A DNA stretch of 62,953 nucleotides, counting the filler, from Choristocarpus tenellus KU-1152 (Eukaryota > Protista > Phaeophyceae), in the NCBI GenBank assembly GCA_964200185.2. It is 9 parts of 9 records of this genome, joined end to end, with 100 filler letters (N's around TTAATTAATTAA, not from the genome) between each part and the next. Parts side by side here need not be neighbours in the genome. Positions count along the whole stretch, not along the records: positions 11,769 to 33,206 come from CAXNAD020000344.1; positions 33,307 to 40,118 come from CAXNAD020007294.1; 7 more parts are not named here. One strand, 5' to 3'. A program made the position numbers and the translations under genes. Under the pieces are notes generated by a model. It did no database searches, was not told the DNA's origin, and saw nothing but the letters and a program-made list of their open reading frames with translations. Of the stretch, positions 24,428 through 36,439 are shown in pieces. Numbering within the stretch: position 1 is the stretch's first letter; each line of letters opens with the position of its first letter.

Positions 24428-27400
24428 ATGGAGATGGTGGATAGAGATATTGACCTTTGGGGTTTGGCATTGAACGTGATATATCTTTTTCTGGTTTGCG
24501 TGAGGATCCTACCCTTCTTCAAGGATGAGTCACTTGTAGAACGGTCATTAGAAAATAACCGCATCAAGCTGGCCTTCCACTTGTCTCTCGCGGTATCTGC
24601 TATGCTCGAAATAGGTCAGTGAGTTCACAAAAGACAATGCCGTGCAATGTTGAAGCCATGTACCGTTCTATTTATTGACCAACGAGGTACAATCGACATA
24701 CCCCATTGCAAACCCCACAAACCCCATCCCTCCGGTCTCTCTTTTACCACATTCTCTGCAGTAAACTACGCGTTGGCAGTGGTCCTGGACGGGGTGACAC
24801 TGGCAAGTTTCGCGTGTCACATAATATCCCTGTGGATGAGTCTAGTCGCATTTAGCTTAGTGATCGTCCTTTGGTCGAACACTCTCAACCCCCCAAGGTG
24901 TGGTTTGTCCTCTGAAGAATAACTCCGTTCTGTCCCCCGTCTCCCCCGGCAGACGTCCAAATTGATTCTGGCTAGTCTTGTGAGAGCCTCCGTGTGCCTT
25001 CGTCCCATTAGAGAGTTGTGACTTTGTGTTCAGTCTATATAGTGGTTTTAGTACGCATCGTTTCCTACTCTTCTGTCAATACTCGCGGTTGCCATCTTAA
25101 GTCCTTAACCCTCGTCAGAGCACCCTTGTATCCAATTCCCTAACTCCGATTAGTCTCAAAATCATAGCTTGCTTGTTCGCAAAGCCCCCACCTTCATTAC
25201 GTCAAGGGTCCTGGTCCCCATACACTCCAAACTAGGCGTGTTTTTGAAAATTCATCTGGCGATACTCATCAAGATACCAGCAAACAGCTTTGGGGCAGCA
25301 GCCTAAGGTTTGACCTGTTCCTGCCAACCGGCCTTGTTTTTCTTGCATTCTAATGTATGTTAAGGGGAGTGTACAGCTGTCCTCTTGGTGTTTTTGTGGT
25401 GCTGAAAATTTTCACACGTTACACGTTACATAAAGAGTTCGTTGGCAAGGGTAATATACTCTCAAGAGACTGTTTCTCTAATTGACCCAATCATAAAGGA
25501 AACACTTCAAAGGACTTGAGAGCAATGAGTTTCAGATACTATCCAGAGTGTATATTCATGTTGTTCGAAGGTTGTGTGTTTGATTTGGTATGATATTTTC
25601 TTATCTTGCTCCTCTGACATTGTTGCTGGCATGGTGCTGATCCCTTGCCGTCCTTGTTGGGTGAAACAAGGACTGGTCTGAGGTAAGTAGTATGTGTAAT
25701 GCTACTTAGTAGACACAGCAGCATTGAAGACCATTCGTGGTGTTGATGGTCTCCATTATTAACACCCACGAGTTTTGTGGGAGAGTAAAATGCTGTTTGT
25801 GTTGATCTTAGTCATCCTCTTGACTTTGAAGTGCACTTTACCAATATATTTATAAGATTGCTGTGTTCTGGTTCAAGTCTTGAACAGGAAGAAAAAACCT
25901 TGGATAGGGATTCCTACCCTCTCCACATGTGTTGTGCTAGTTACGTACCTTATACATGTGCTGTGGTGCGGATTGTGTTGCTGTCATCCCTCAATCCCAC
26001 TTTGCCCGCCCCTCTCCTGTAGTGCTGAAGTTTGTATTTCGTTTTGCTTCCATTCTCCTACCTCTTCCTTTTTGTTTGACTCTAGTGTTTTTGCTTCTCA
26101 CCACTAGTAACAAATGTTGGATTATTTCCTAACCTTGGACTGTATAATAAAATCTTCGTACCTATAGTATCTACTACTAGTGCCGTGCAAACCTTGGGAC
26201 ATGGAAAGCTCATACCCTGTGCTTGACCTAATTTGCCACCTCTGCCCAGTTTGTCCCCTACGGCATTATTTGTGGGGGCTGTGGATGTGATTGTTCTGGT
26301 CAGCACTGTTACTTTGCTCACAACATGGAGATTTCCTTCTGCCTACTCCAGACCGTACCTGATCTTGGTGGTGACGTACAGGTGATGTTACTTCACACAT
26401 GGATGGGGCAGGTAGGGGGGGAGGGGGGGACTTTACAGTTTAGAGGTTGGTTTTACTGGTCAATGGAGAGGGTAGCCATTAAGGCCCTTGCCTGGTCACA
26501 CTTCTCTCTTTTTCTGGCATTAGAAGCATATATATACATGGTATGTGAGATACAAAATTATGGGATGGAATAAATGAGATGGGAGGTCCAGAAGTGAACA
26601 GCTTCAACAGCTTTAGCTACAGTTGGGTGGTGTGCTGCATAATGCTCTATAATTCTGGGAGAGGTTGCTGCTGAGCATCTTCAAAGGTGGGACAGTTTAG
26701 CTTGAGTGTGAAATTACTTCTTCGAAGTAGATATTTGGTCAACTGGTTTGGGTGTGTTATAATTATAATTTTTACTGCTAAGAGTGAAGTATGTAAGGTA
26801 GAGGTCTTGTTCCTTCTACCCTTGACCACACCCCATAGCAATACCATATTTTCCTCTGTCCCTCTATCTTGCAGCAATTTCACATTTATACTATTTTTCA
26901 CCAGGTAAGCCAGTTATCATATCCCCTGTCAACCATATGGCCACAGGCCACTCAGTGGCTCAGCCATGTTGAAGGAGTTGGTGATCATAGACTTACCATA
27001 CTTGTCATGTTTGAACTTATTTGTACCTGGCTATGTTAGAACAGTTTGCCAATGGCTGGTTGGGTAATATACAACTGACACTTAAACCAGCCACATCAAA
27101 TCACATCGTACAGATCCATTGACCAAAATAATAAATGACAAACATTAGATAATACTACAGTTTGATCTACTGTCAAACAAATTCCAGTCAGTGATGATTA
27201 GAACAGTAGAAGGAGTATTGTTGACTATGTCTGCCAAACGAAGCATGCATATAAGATAACATTACAATTTTCAAACAAAGAATGACCCTTGATGAATAAA
27301 AATATGTATTAAGGACAGTAGAAAGAGGAATGTTTTTGTAGGGCAAAGTGAAGCATTTTAATTGGTGGGGGAACAGCATTTTGAGAACGCAAAGGAGTAC

Positions 27401-30196
27401 CTTTTTTTTGTGGATGGTTTATACTTGCAAGGATATGGATGGACCCTCTGATATATTTCATCTGTTGCCTCTGTCAATTCTGACTGCTTGGTATGTTTTC
27501 ATACCCTAGATTGCTCTTTCACATGGAGTGGCCAAACAAATTGAACCAGTCTGGTCTGTTTGAGTTAAATTGGTCCAGGAATAGACCTGCCTGACCTGTG
27601 GGCTGGACTAATACAGCATGTACTAGACATGGTCTGAACATGTCAAAAAAGATTTGACGAGTCAATGCACATGGACCGGGACATGTCAGAAGATTGTGGA
27701 ACTGGTCCACCCCATGGATGGGACCTTTTTAGTTTGCAGGCCTGGTGAAAAACTCTTATTTATACTGTCCTGCAGTAGACTGGGTTGTCTTCAAGGTATT
27801 TTTTGACAGGAATGGACATGTTGGTTGATTGATCTTTCCATGCTCCCTGTTACCACATTTAGAGCCGGACTTGCCACCCAATTGTTTCAATGGCTCCAGG
27901 TCACATTTCCTGTCCATCCTGCCTTACCTGTGGTGCTTGTTCTCTGTTTTCTGTTGCCCCTCTCTCTGTTGCCTCTCTCCCAATGGCACTGTGCGGCACT
28001 GGCAGTGTGACCCTCTTTTTGCTTGCTTACTGGCTTGTTGTCTACGGACTACGCCTGCAGAGGAGGGTTGTGAGCCACCCGAGGTAGATCACGCTGCGTC
28101 CATCATTTTTTGGTACATTCCCTTGTTTCGCTTGGTGTAGAAACTTCACAGCAACAAAGTGTTGCACTGGATCAGTATCCTCGGCTTCAATTTTCAAAGA
28201 GCATCAGTATGACCGCTTGCTTAGAGGTGGGAGGTGGCACATTTCCTCTTGTGTTGATGCCTAAGAATATTACTCACAACTACCTGCGCCCCTATCTGCC
28301 AGGTGGGAACCCTTGGACCGTAGGCAGAGAGTGAAGATTCTATGCCGAATCAATGGTGTGTTGGTAGTTTGTGCGGCATGTTTCCTGCTGCGTATTGCAG
28401 TTCTGTCATCGGCGTTTTTTTTGTGGTCACGACAAAGGTGGGTACTTCATCTTTCAAAGACAACCTTTAACATCAATAATTCCATGCTCAGCTTTCCTGA
28501 CACTATGTTAAACCACTGCCAAACCACAAGAGAACAAAACCTGTGAGAGAGTGCAGCTTCCTAGAGAGCTTCCCTGCAGAATCCTAAGTTGTGTGCATTA
28601 ATAGTATCTACTGCAAAATGTCCGCACAATTTATATTGATGCTAATGCTGATGCTGATGGTAGTACTATGCTTCTCAGTAAGTCTCTTGGTACAGGATCA
28701 GCAGAACGGTGTCATAATGTTAGAACCTCAGACAGCAGACCCCTCTTCTCACCACTAATCTCTCCTGGTCCGTATTGGGTATACCATTTAAACACACCCA
28801 GGGCATTGAACACGAACCACCTCCTCTTTGAAGTACTTGCACGGTGGATTCCAGGCCTGGTACCTGGAGGGGCACTACTGTATATTATGCGCAAGACAGG
28901 GAGAGACGGGGGGGGGCAGGCATCCCAATCAATGAGGTAAGCTGTGTCTTGTGAGTTACTTTTATGTTTCCACTTTAGGCCTGGGACTATCCTGATAGAT
29001 GTTGAGAGGTACTACAAACCAGCACCGACTTTGTTCATTCCTTGCTCCTTGTGTGTTGGGTTCAGCCATCCCACTGCTCATCACTTCACCTCCTTGCTTG
29101 AATATTGTGCTGGACCTGCCTTGACGTCACTCAGCAATGAAGCCTTTTCACTCCTATTTGCTGTAGTGACAGATAAGGTGGTACAGGTGTACAATCCATA
29201 GTGCTTGCTGTGTGGAGTTTGAATCATTGAAGTCATAGTTCACTCAAAAAACAATTTTATATCAAGAGGGTTCAAACTCAAGAAATGTATTGCAGGAGCA
29301 CTGAGCTAGGAGGACAGTCCACTTGAGTGAAGGCTCTTTCTTGTTGTATTTATTGCATGTAAAGGTATGTGAGGGCAGGCTGGCACACTGTAGCTTTTTC
29401 AAGTTCTTGTGTAAAGTCTCATTCTACTCATAGGCAGTATAGTCCCAGTACCTGTAACTGACAAGGAGAGAGTGCCTATTACAGGGTAAGGAATGCATGT
29501 GACCTGGCACAGTAAGAGGAGTGAAGGGAGGGTTAGGGTGAACTACCTGGTAATACAAAGATTTAATGTAGAGTGTACTAGATAGGTGTTGGGAGGAGTG
29601 GGTGGGAGATATAGGACCTCTCACTCTTGAACTGGTCACACCCAATTCATCCTATTCCCAAAACTGAGGAGAATGTGGAGTCAGTTGTTTTTTTACTGTG
29701 TACAAAATATTCATATAGAAACAGTGACGCGATGTGGAAGTCGGTCCCGGTGTACTTATTCTTCTAGTCATAGGTGGTGATTGTGGATTGAGGTATGTAC
29801 AGTAGTACAGTACTGTCTCACAATTGTATCGGAAAGTGCTAGAGGTGTTACCACTGTATTGCCGAAAGGCCTCCCTGGGCTCAGTCTTGATTTAGGAGGT
29901 GCCGTACCTGCAATATACTTATGTGCAGTCATATCCTTTTCACCAATTGATAGATCATTGTCCTGCCCCAAGACCCAAAGGGTAACCTTGCCACTTGCCG
30001 TCCCCTGTAATCCAAACCAAGGGTAAATGCTATTGGACCACAGCTGTCTGAACCACTGCTACCACAACAACATACTGGGGGTAGGGGAAGAGGAACAGAT
30101 GGGGAGACAAGGGGGGCTGGTGTTAACCTACATGAGAACATTGAAGAAAACCAAGATGCTGTGTGGAAACCAAGACCAGTTACTACCACCATCTGA
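24428..30196 (+). CDS. THH1/TOM1/TOM3-family (DUF1084, GPR137-like) multi-pass membrane protein. Supported exons: 24428-24614, 24762-24897, 26352-26381, 28006-28083, 28303-28437, 28802-28936, probable last 30022-30196; exon(s) between 24897 and 26352 unresolved
   Basis: Hydrophobic exons with family-like motifs FSLVIVLWSNTL, LVVYGLRLQRRV, KILCRINGVLVVCAACFLLR and LVPGGALLYIMRK (compare plant TOM1 LVLFWAEI, LYGGRL, CFTCFLIR, LPSALVLFILRK); phase-2 junctions are consistent. Confidence 0.72.
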
Positions 30197-30493
30197 ACAA
30201 CCCCAAGTTGTCCAATGGGCAGTTGAAATTCATTCATGATTGCAAGAGAGTGGAGAGCTCAACAAAGATGGTCCTAACTAATAAGTAAAAAGGCAGAGAA
30301 GGCATGAAAGAGATCAATTGTTCCTTACGTGGTGTCAGTTGGAATATTATAAACACCATTCCACAATGTATACTTCAAGCTCTGAGAAGGGTGCCCCACA
30401 TGTATAGAAAGCATCACTACTTTGGTAAATGGAAGGGTTAAACCACAAAAGGACTTTAAAGACCAACTACATGGTATACACATGCACTATACG

Positions 30494-30750
30494 GAGTTAA
30501 AGTATTTTATAGGGTACAAGGTTTGCCCTGCTTGTCCTTTTGGGGCTTGGCTTCCCATGGGTTTTTTATGACATTTTCCTTCTCCAAAATGTTTTGGAAT
30601 AGGTAAAATATATACTTTACGAAAAGGTGTATCCAGAACACGGATATTGACACTTCCTAACAAACACAGTAGCCAAAATTACATCAAAACCGCAACATTG
30701 GATTTTGGACCCAAAATGGACGCGGCCCTACCCTCTAAGATACTTTGCTC
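30494..30750. mobile_element. MITE family A copy (~260 bp)
   Basis: GAGTTAAAGTATTTTATAGGGTA...TACCCTCTAAGATACTTTGCTC termini; internal sequence shared with the other copies. Confidence 0.85.
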
Positions 30751-32861
30751 ACTCCAAGTTTGTCCCTCTGATGCTACTGTTAGTGCTTTGTTTTGTCATT
30801 TTTAAGGTGACAAGAGGGGGGATGAGAAAACACTACTACTCTCTGAGGCTCCTAAACTCTTTCTTTATCAGGAACATTGAACATTGAACTAGTCCAGATT
30901 ATATGTTAGGGGAGGGCCTCTTCAACAAGAATAGACAACCATGTGTACAAGAACTAGAGTTTGTTTTGGCAGGCAAAGCAGTTTTTTTGTGACGGTGACC
31001 CTCAAAGCTGTATCAAGACATAGTATTAATACATAGTAGTTGTAGGCTGATTGTCCATTGCCTGTATCAATCGATTGATCTCGCCATCATTTTTCTTTCT
31101 TGTTGCTGTTTAGTTTGCTCTTACTGTGATTAACTACACTATTTCTACTACAGTGAGGATGTCGAAAAGTTGATACATCACACTTGAGGCAAGAGGTGAA
31201 ATGCTCGTTCTTCTCTCCAAGGTCCCCAACATGTAACAATATTAATGCAAACATGCACAACACAATGCCAGCTTGAGCCTTGCCTGACAAGGCCTTCACC
31301 AGCAAAAACGTATGTTGCCCCATTTCAGTCACCTTCACCACATTGTCCACTCTTATTCCTTCTTATCTCTGAACTACACAAGTAACACATAGGATAAAAT
31401 GTGCAAATCACAGCCTATCATTTTGTCAATTTCGTATTGCTCTGCTTCCTACTACAACTACGTATGAACATACATGAATGATTTCTCCCCAGCTCGGAAG
31501 ACTTTCAGTAACTGATTGGGAACTGGCCCTTGTATTAGCGCACCTATCTTCCTTCTTCATGCATCCATACCAACTGGCTATCAATAGGTAGCTTTTGGGG
31601 AGTAATGCTCCTACCTTGATGAATCCTGAATGCGCCTCAATTTTGGTGACTCAGGGCCAATATTACACGCATCCCTCTTCATCTATCTATTGAAAAAAAA
31701 ATGGAGGGAAATTTATCTACTATGACGTACTCCCAATATGATAAGGACTGGTACAACTCTTCAGTGGAAATAAGTGTTCATTGATTTGCTGCTTGCGCAC
31801 CCTTCCATAAACAAATAGCCATTACTCATTACGTAATAGATATTATTAGTACTTACTGCTAGACACACAGCTGTGGATACCTGTAACTATTACCAGACAC
31901 ACAACCCACCCTTACTCGGAGGTGAAGACTCGAGGTGGTGATGTCCATGTTGCAATTCCCTTCTACCTATAGTCCAGCCATTTTGTCAAACAAAAATGAG
32001 AAGATGGTTGCCCCAGGTGGTGACTTGTCTGCTTGGCAGGGTCCTGGTCTGTGGTGCTTTTATAAGATGAGGATAGGACTTTTCATCAGCTGGTTCAGTT
32101 AGCTTGACTGGGATCCAGGCCATGGCCATAGTCGAGCCACCCCAAACATGTTCAAAGCGTTGACGACTATGGACCGACCATGCTAGAACATGTTGGTATC
32201 AGGGTGGCACGTGGTCCAGCCAAGTTGAAACAGTGATACAGCCCACAACCTGTCCATGTGAATATAGGTGACGATCATGGATAACGAAGTAATTTAACCA
32301 TAATGGTCCAGGCAAGAAGGGTTGGGCTGACTCAACGTATCCCAAATAGAAGTGGGGATAGATGTGTTATTATACTGTATATTATTTGTTTTTACTTTAT
32401 ATAATAATGTGGTATTTGGGATCGAATTATGTCCATAAAATTATTATATTTTCTTTTCTTTTTTTAGGGACTATCTCCACCTACATGTGGGGGGAGGCCC
32501 TATAATATACACTACTTGTCATACTAACTACTGCAACCAACTGTTGCGCTCCAACTACTTGTGTACTGCCTCCGGTCATGCCATGCTTCTCGCGCAAGGG
32601 GTTCAGGAATCACATCTGTCTTCCCTCTGCCTCCTCCTTTGAGTTGTGTGCTGGTCCCGCCTCGATATTGGTCCCGCATTTGGGTTTGTTGTTTCTACAG
32701 GCAGGACAGTCCAGGTATACAACCCGTTGTGCTTGCCACATGGAATTGGATAATGGAAACCAGATTCTCTGGGGAAGTCTAGGATCGATGGGATTTGAAT
32801 CCGAGAAATTCATGGACGGACAGTCTATTAAACCAGCGACCCATGATTGATTATGCACACC

Positions 32862-33205
32862 GAGTGAAAGTATCTCAGAGGGTATGAGCTTTTCCCTGTT
32901 TGTCCATTTGGGGTTTGGTTTCCCATGGGTCATTTTAAGACATTTCTGAGCCAAAGTATCTTAGAGGGTAGAGCCACGTCCATTTGAGAGCCAAAATTCA
33001 ATGTTGCGATTTTATGTAATTTTGGCCATCGTATTTGTTAGGAAGTGTCAATATCCTTGTTCCAGTCACACCTTTTCGTAGCGCATATATTTTACCTACT
33101 CCGAAAAGATTTGGAGTGGGAAAATGTAAAAAACAAAATTATGGGTAGCCAAACCCCAAACGGACAAACAGGGCAAAACTCGTACCCTCTAAGATACTTT
33201 CACTC
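32862..33205. mobile_element. MITE family A: partial copy 32862-32947 interrupted by a full opposite-orientation copy 32948-33205
   Basis: A GAGTGAAAGTATCT start is followed 86 bp later by GAGCCAAAGTATCTTAGAGGGTA...TACCCTCTAAGATACTTTCACTC. A further partial copy lies at 33307-33376. Confidence 0.85.
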
Positions 33206-33548
33206 TNNNNNNNNNNNNNNNNNNNNNNNNNNNNNNNNNNNNNNNNNNNNTTAATTAATTAANNNNNNNNNNNNNNNNNNNNNNNNNNNNNNNNNNNNNN
33301 NNNNNNCGATAGCCAAAATTACATCAAAATCACAACATTGTATTTTGATCCCAAATGGACGCGGCTGTACCCTCTAGGAGTCCTAAGCAACACAACGCAC
33401 AGGAAAATACAAGGATGAGCGGGGAAAATTAAGTTCCGTTGTGGTGCACCATCATCACCGAGACGCCTGAGCATAGTAGGTCAAGAGGACGGACTGGCTC
33501 TACGAAATCTTCGAGATCAAAGTTTTGTTGTCTACTTGCGCACAAACC

Positions 33549-33722
33549 TCTCCAGTGCTAGGATCGCGCCATGTTGGTTTCGAACAGGAAGAGAGTACAC
33601 ATGTGCCTGCACCAGTTGGCTGACTTTCTTCCATTTCGCGTGCATGTGATCTGCAGCAAAACTGGTGGCTTTTCCCACTTTCCTCCACATAAACTTTTTG
33701 GAGCATCCAGGAAGCTGACAGA
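33549..33722 (-). pseudogene. Frameshifted exon encoding two Cys/His-rich zinc-finger-like repeats
   Basis: AG/GT-bounded segment reading VCQLPGCSK-(frameshift in A5 run)-KVYVEESGKSHQFCCRSHAREMEESQPTGAGTCVLSSCSKPTWRDPSTGE. Confidence 0.5.
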
Positions 33723-34339
33723 CCTTCAAATAAGATCGCTTCAAATGAATTTTTAGTGCGAGCGTGTTAGATTCTCTGCCCTAGGTACACTCAGACATGA
33801 AAATATTACGAGTGGACTAGATGTCTATGGACTTCATGTCGAGTAAAGCCACACCCACAAGTAAACGTGGTTATAAATGTTTGAGGCTGTGTTTCAAATA
33901 TTGACTGTACACATTCCTTGTTCTGGCAAGATGAATTTTCAACTGGATTGAGATTAGTGGTATGAGATGAGGACGAATACTGTTTGCAAATTTTGCACAT
34001 TGACCTAAGGGACACGTGCCTGTGTTTTCGTAATAGAGGCCTCGTACGCGTGGGTTCTCCCACAATAATCGTGCCCTTGGTAACAAGGCCTTTTACAGCC
34101 ATGAAGGCTACAGGTGGGTGCCACCATGGCCATAGGTCTTTGCGGTACAGGTTGTGCTTAAGGGACACCTGTCTTTCTGGTTTCTTCAAATGACAAAATA
34201 GAGAGGTTGTAGTGCTTGTCCACTATCCCCAATCCAGTTCATGAGAGGGAGGTTAGTGAGAAATCGGTCGAGCAACAACTTTGGTTGAAATAAATTGAGT
34301 TTTCTGTTTCACTATTTAAACTCATTATATATATCTCCA

Positions 34340-36200
34340 AATTCCTATATACGGTCCAGTCTGCCTTTCGACCCCCAGGGGTTTCCTCCCGAAGCTATCT
34401 GGATGACACGTCCATTTCGGCAAGGGAGATCGGCCCCCACTCCATATCTGCTTTCGAGCAGTTAAAAACTGATCTTCATGAGGTAGGCATTGCCCTGAAT
34501 ATGGACAAGACCTTCGCAGGGACACCAACCCACGCCCTCAGAACTGGAGCTTCTCTCTACAGCTGGAATCAATCTAGGCCCGAACCCAAACGGGTTTGTT
34601 ACATGTGGGAACAGATCGATTCATCCAAGCCCACATGACTGAGGTAATGGAGAGCTATGGGTCACGAACTTTGGTCACACACCTCAGCAAGATAGAGGAC
34701 AAACAGGCGGCCTGGCTCCTCAACTCCTGGTCCCTCTCCTCCCACCTAGGCTATCTGGCTAGGGTCACTCCCCCCCAACTAGCATGCTCCACCATGGAGC
34801 AAGAAGACAATACCTTTTTACGGACACTGGAAAAGATAATGGAGAGGTAGTAGACTCGACAGAAGGACGGACTTTTTTGAAGGGGGTGTAACAATAGGTC
34901 TCTCCACCTAGAGACCCACCAACAAGTACAGGTACAGATGCCCACAAGTGCGGGGATGTTGAACCTCTCCTCTATGAAGCACCGCCAACATACAGCATTC
35001 GTAGGATCACTAGTGGCCACTTTCCCCACCCTCCTAGCAAGGCAGCGAGGGCCTCATGGCGAGTCCTTCTCACAAGCCATTGTGCGAGCCCCACAGTACA
35101 GGCCCTGAGATCGTCCAACCGCACCTTCCTCTCTACAGGTATCCCCTCAGAAGACCTAGCAGAAATCATTGGCCAAGACTGGGTAACCTGGGGGGCAACA
35201 ACATCCCCCATACCGGCCCCAGAGGTCCACATTCTGGCAACTCACGATGCCAGGATTACAAGGAGGGCTCAACACGAGATCACCCGCCTCCTAAACAGGA
35301 TCCGCTTCGACTCTTTCCGGACGTAACTGGCCGCCTTACCTGATGAATTGGAGCAAGGGAAGGAAAGTTCCGTGCTAGCCCTGGCATACCATCAGATCCA
35401 ATGTGGACAAGGGGCAAATGCATGGGCCTCAACACAACCCCTGGAGCCGGCATGCCAGATCCCCTGTTGAGTTCAAACTCTCTGCCAGCAGATCCCTAGG
35501 GAGAGACGAGACCTTATCCAACAGTTGCCCGGTGACTGGTTGTAGGAGACAGAATGTGGATACCAGACATGCCTGCATCTGCCCTAGGGCAGGAGAACAG
35601 GTTCACCGACACACACCAATGGTGAAACGTCTGGGGTAAATATGTAAAGGAATGGGCATCCCTTGCACTATGGAGGACGGCAGCCCATTCACTATATACA
35701 GGAATTTCCGTATGGATCTGGTCTTCCATGCTGGTGCACTCGCGGACGCCAGATCAGCTCCCTACCGAGGCAAAGGCCTCCTCCTGGACGAAACATTTGC
35801 TGAAGTGCAGGGAGCATCTCACCGGCCACACTCATCCACCAGCAATGGTGTAGCTGCTGCTGCAGCTGAGGCGCGAAATCGCACCCACTACAAGGGTTTT
35901 TTTTATCCTCGTACTTATAACCTCAACACCTTCACAGTGGAAAGTTTTGGGAACCTCGTTAAGCTAACGGAAAGTTTCCTGGATGAGCTAACTACGCACA
36001 AGGTAGGGGGGAGAGGAACTAGAGGCTACAGTATGAAAGGGGCGGTCAAATCCGGCCTACAACAAATAGTCTGTAACAACACAGGTGGCCCTGTCTAGAA
36101 GTGTCATGCATTTTAAGCTGGAGTTACCAGGGAGATGGGCAAGGAGGGGCCTGTTAGATTCTTGGGTTGCTTCTCTAGCTCCTTGCCCTGGGGTGCAGGA
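34340..36200 (+). mobile_element. Decayed, 5'-truncated non-LTR retrotransposon of CRE-like type (RT plus C-terminal zinc knuckle and restriction-like endonuclease)
   Basis: SYLDDTSI (RT YxDD at 34396-34407), QMPTSAGMLNL (LPxxxGGLG-like), CPVTGC..HACIC...RH, RMDLVF, LLDETF, AAAAAEARNRTHY and FTVESFG appear in order, broken by stops and frameshifts. Confidence 0.85.
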
Positions 36201-36344
36201 ATAGCTAGGTTGGAGTCGCAGGAAGGCAGTGGTACAGCATAGCTGGTAGTAAAATAGCAAATAGATTAGTCTTCTTTACATTTATGACACCTGCTACTTT
36301 TTTAGGGATTTTTCTGACATGTGAATAGTTTTCAGTGGTTTTCA

Positions 36345-36439
36345 CCTGACACATCTGTAAAATGTCAGAGGGCATAACAATAAATATATATTACAATAAA
36401 TATATATTATGTCATGTGACATTTTTCAGATGTGTCAGG
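36345..36439. repeat. Inverted repeat with 23-bp arms (1 mismatch) around a short AT-rich tandem duplication
   Basis: CCTGACACATCTGTAAAATGTCA ... TGACATTTTTCAGATGTGTCAGG. Confidence 0.75.
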
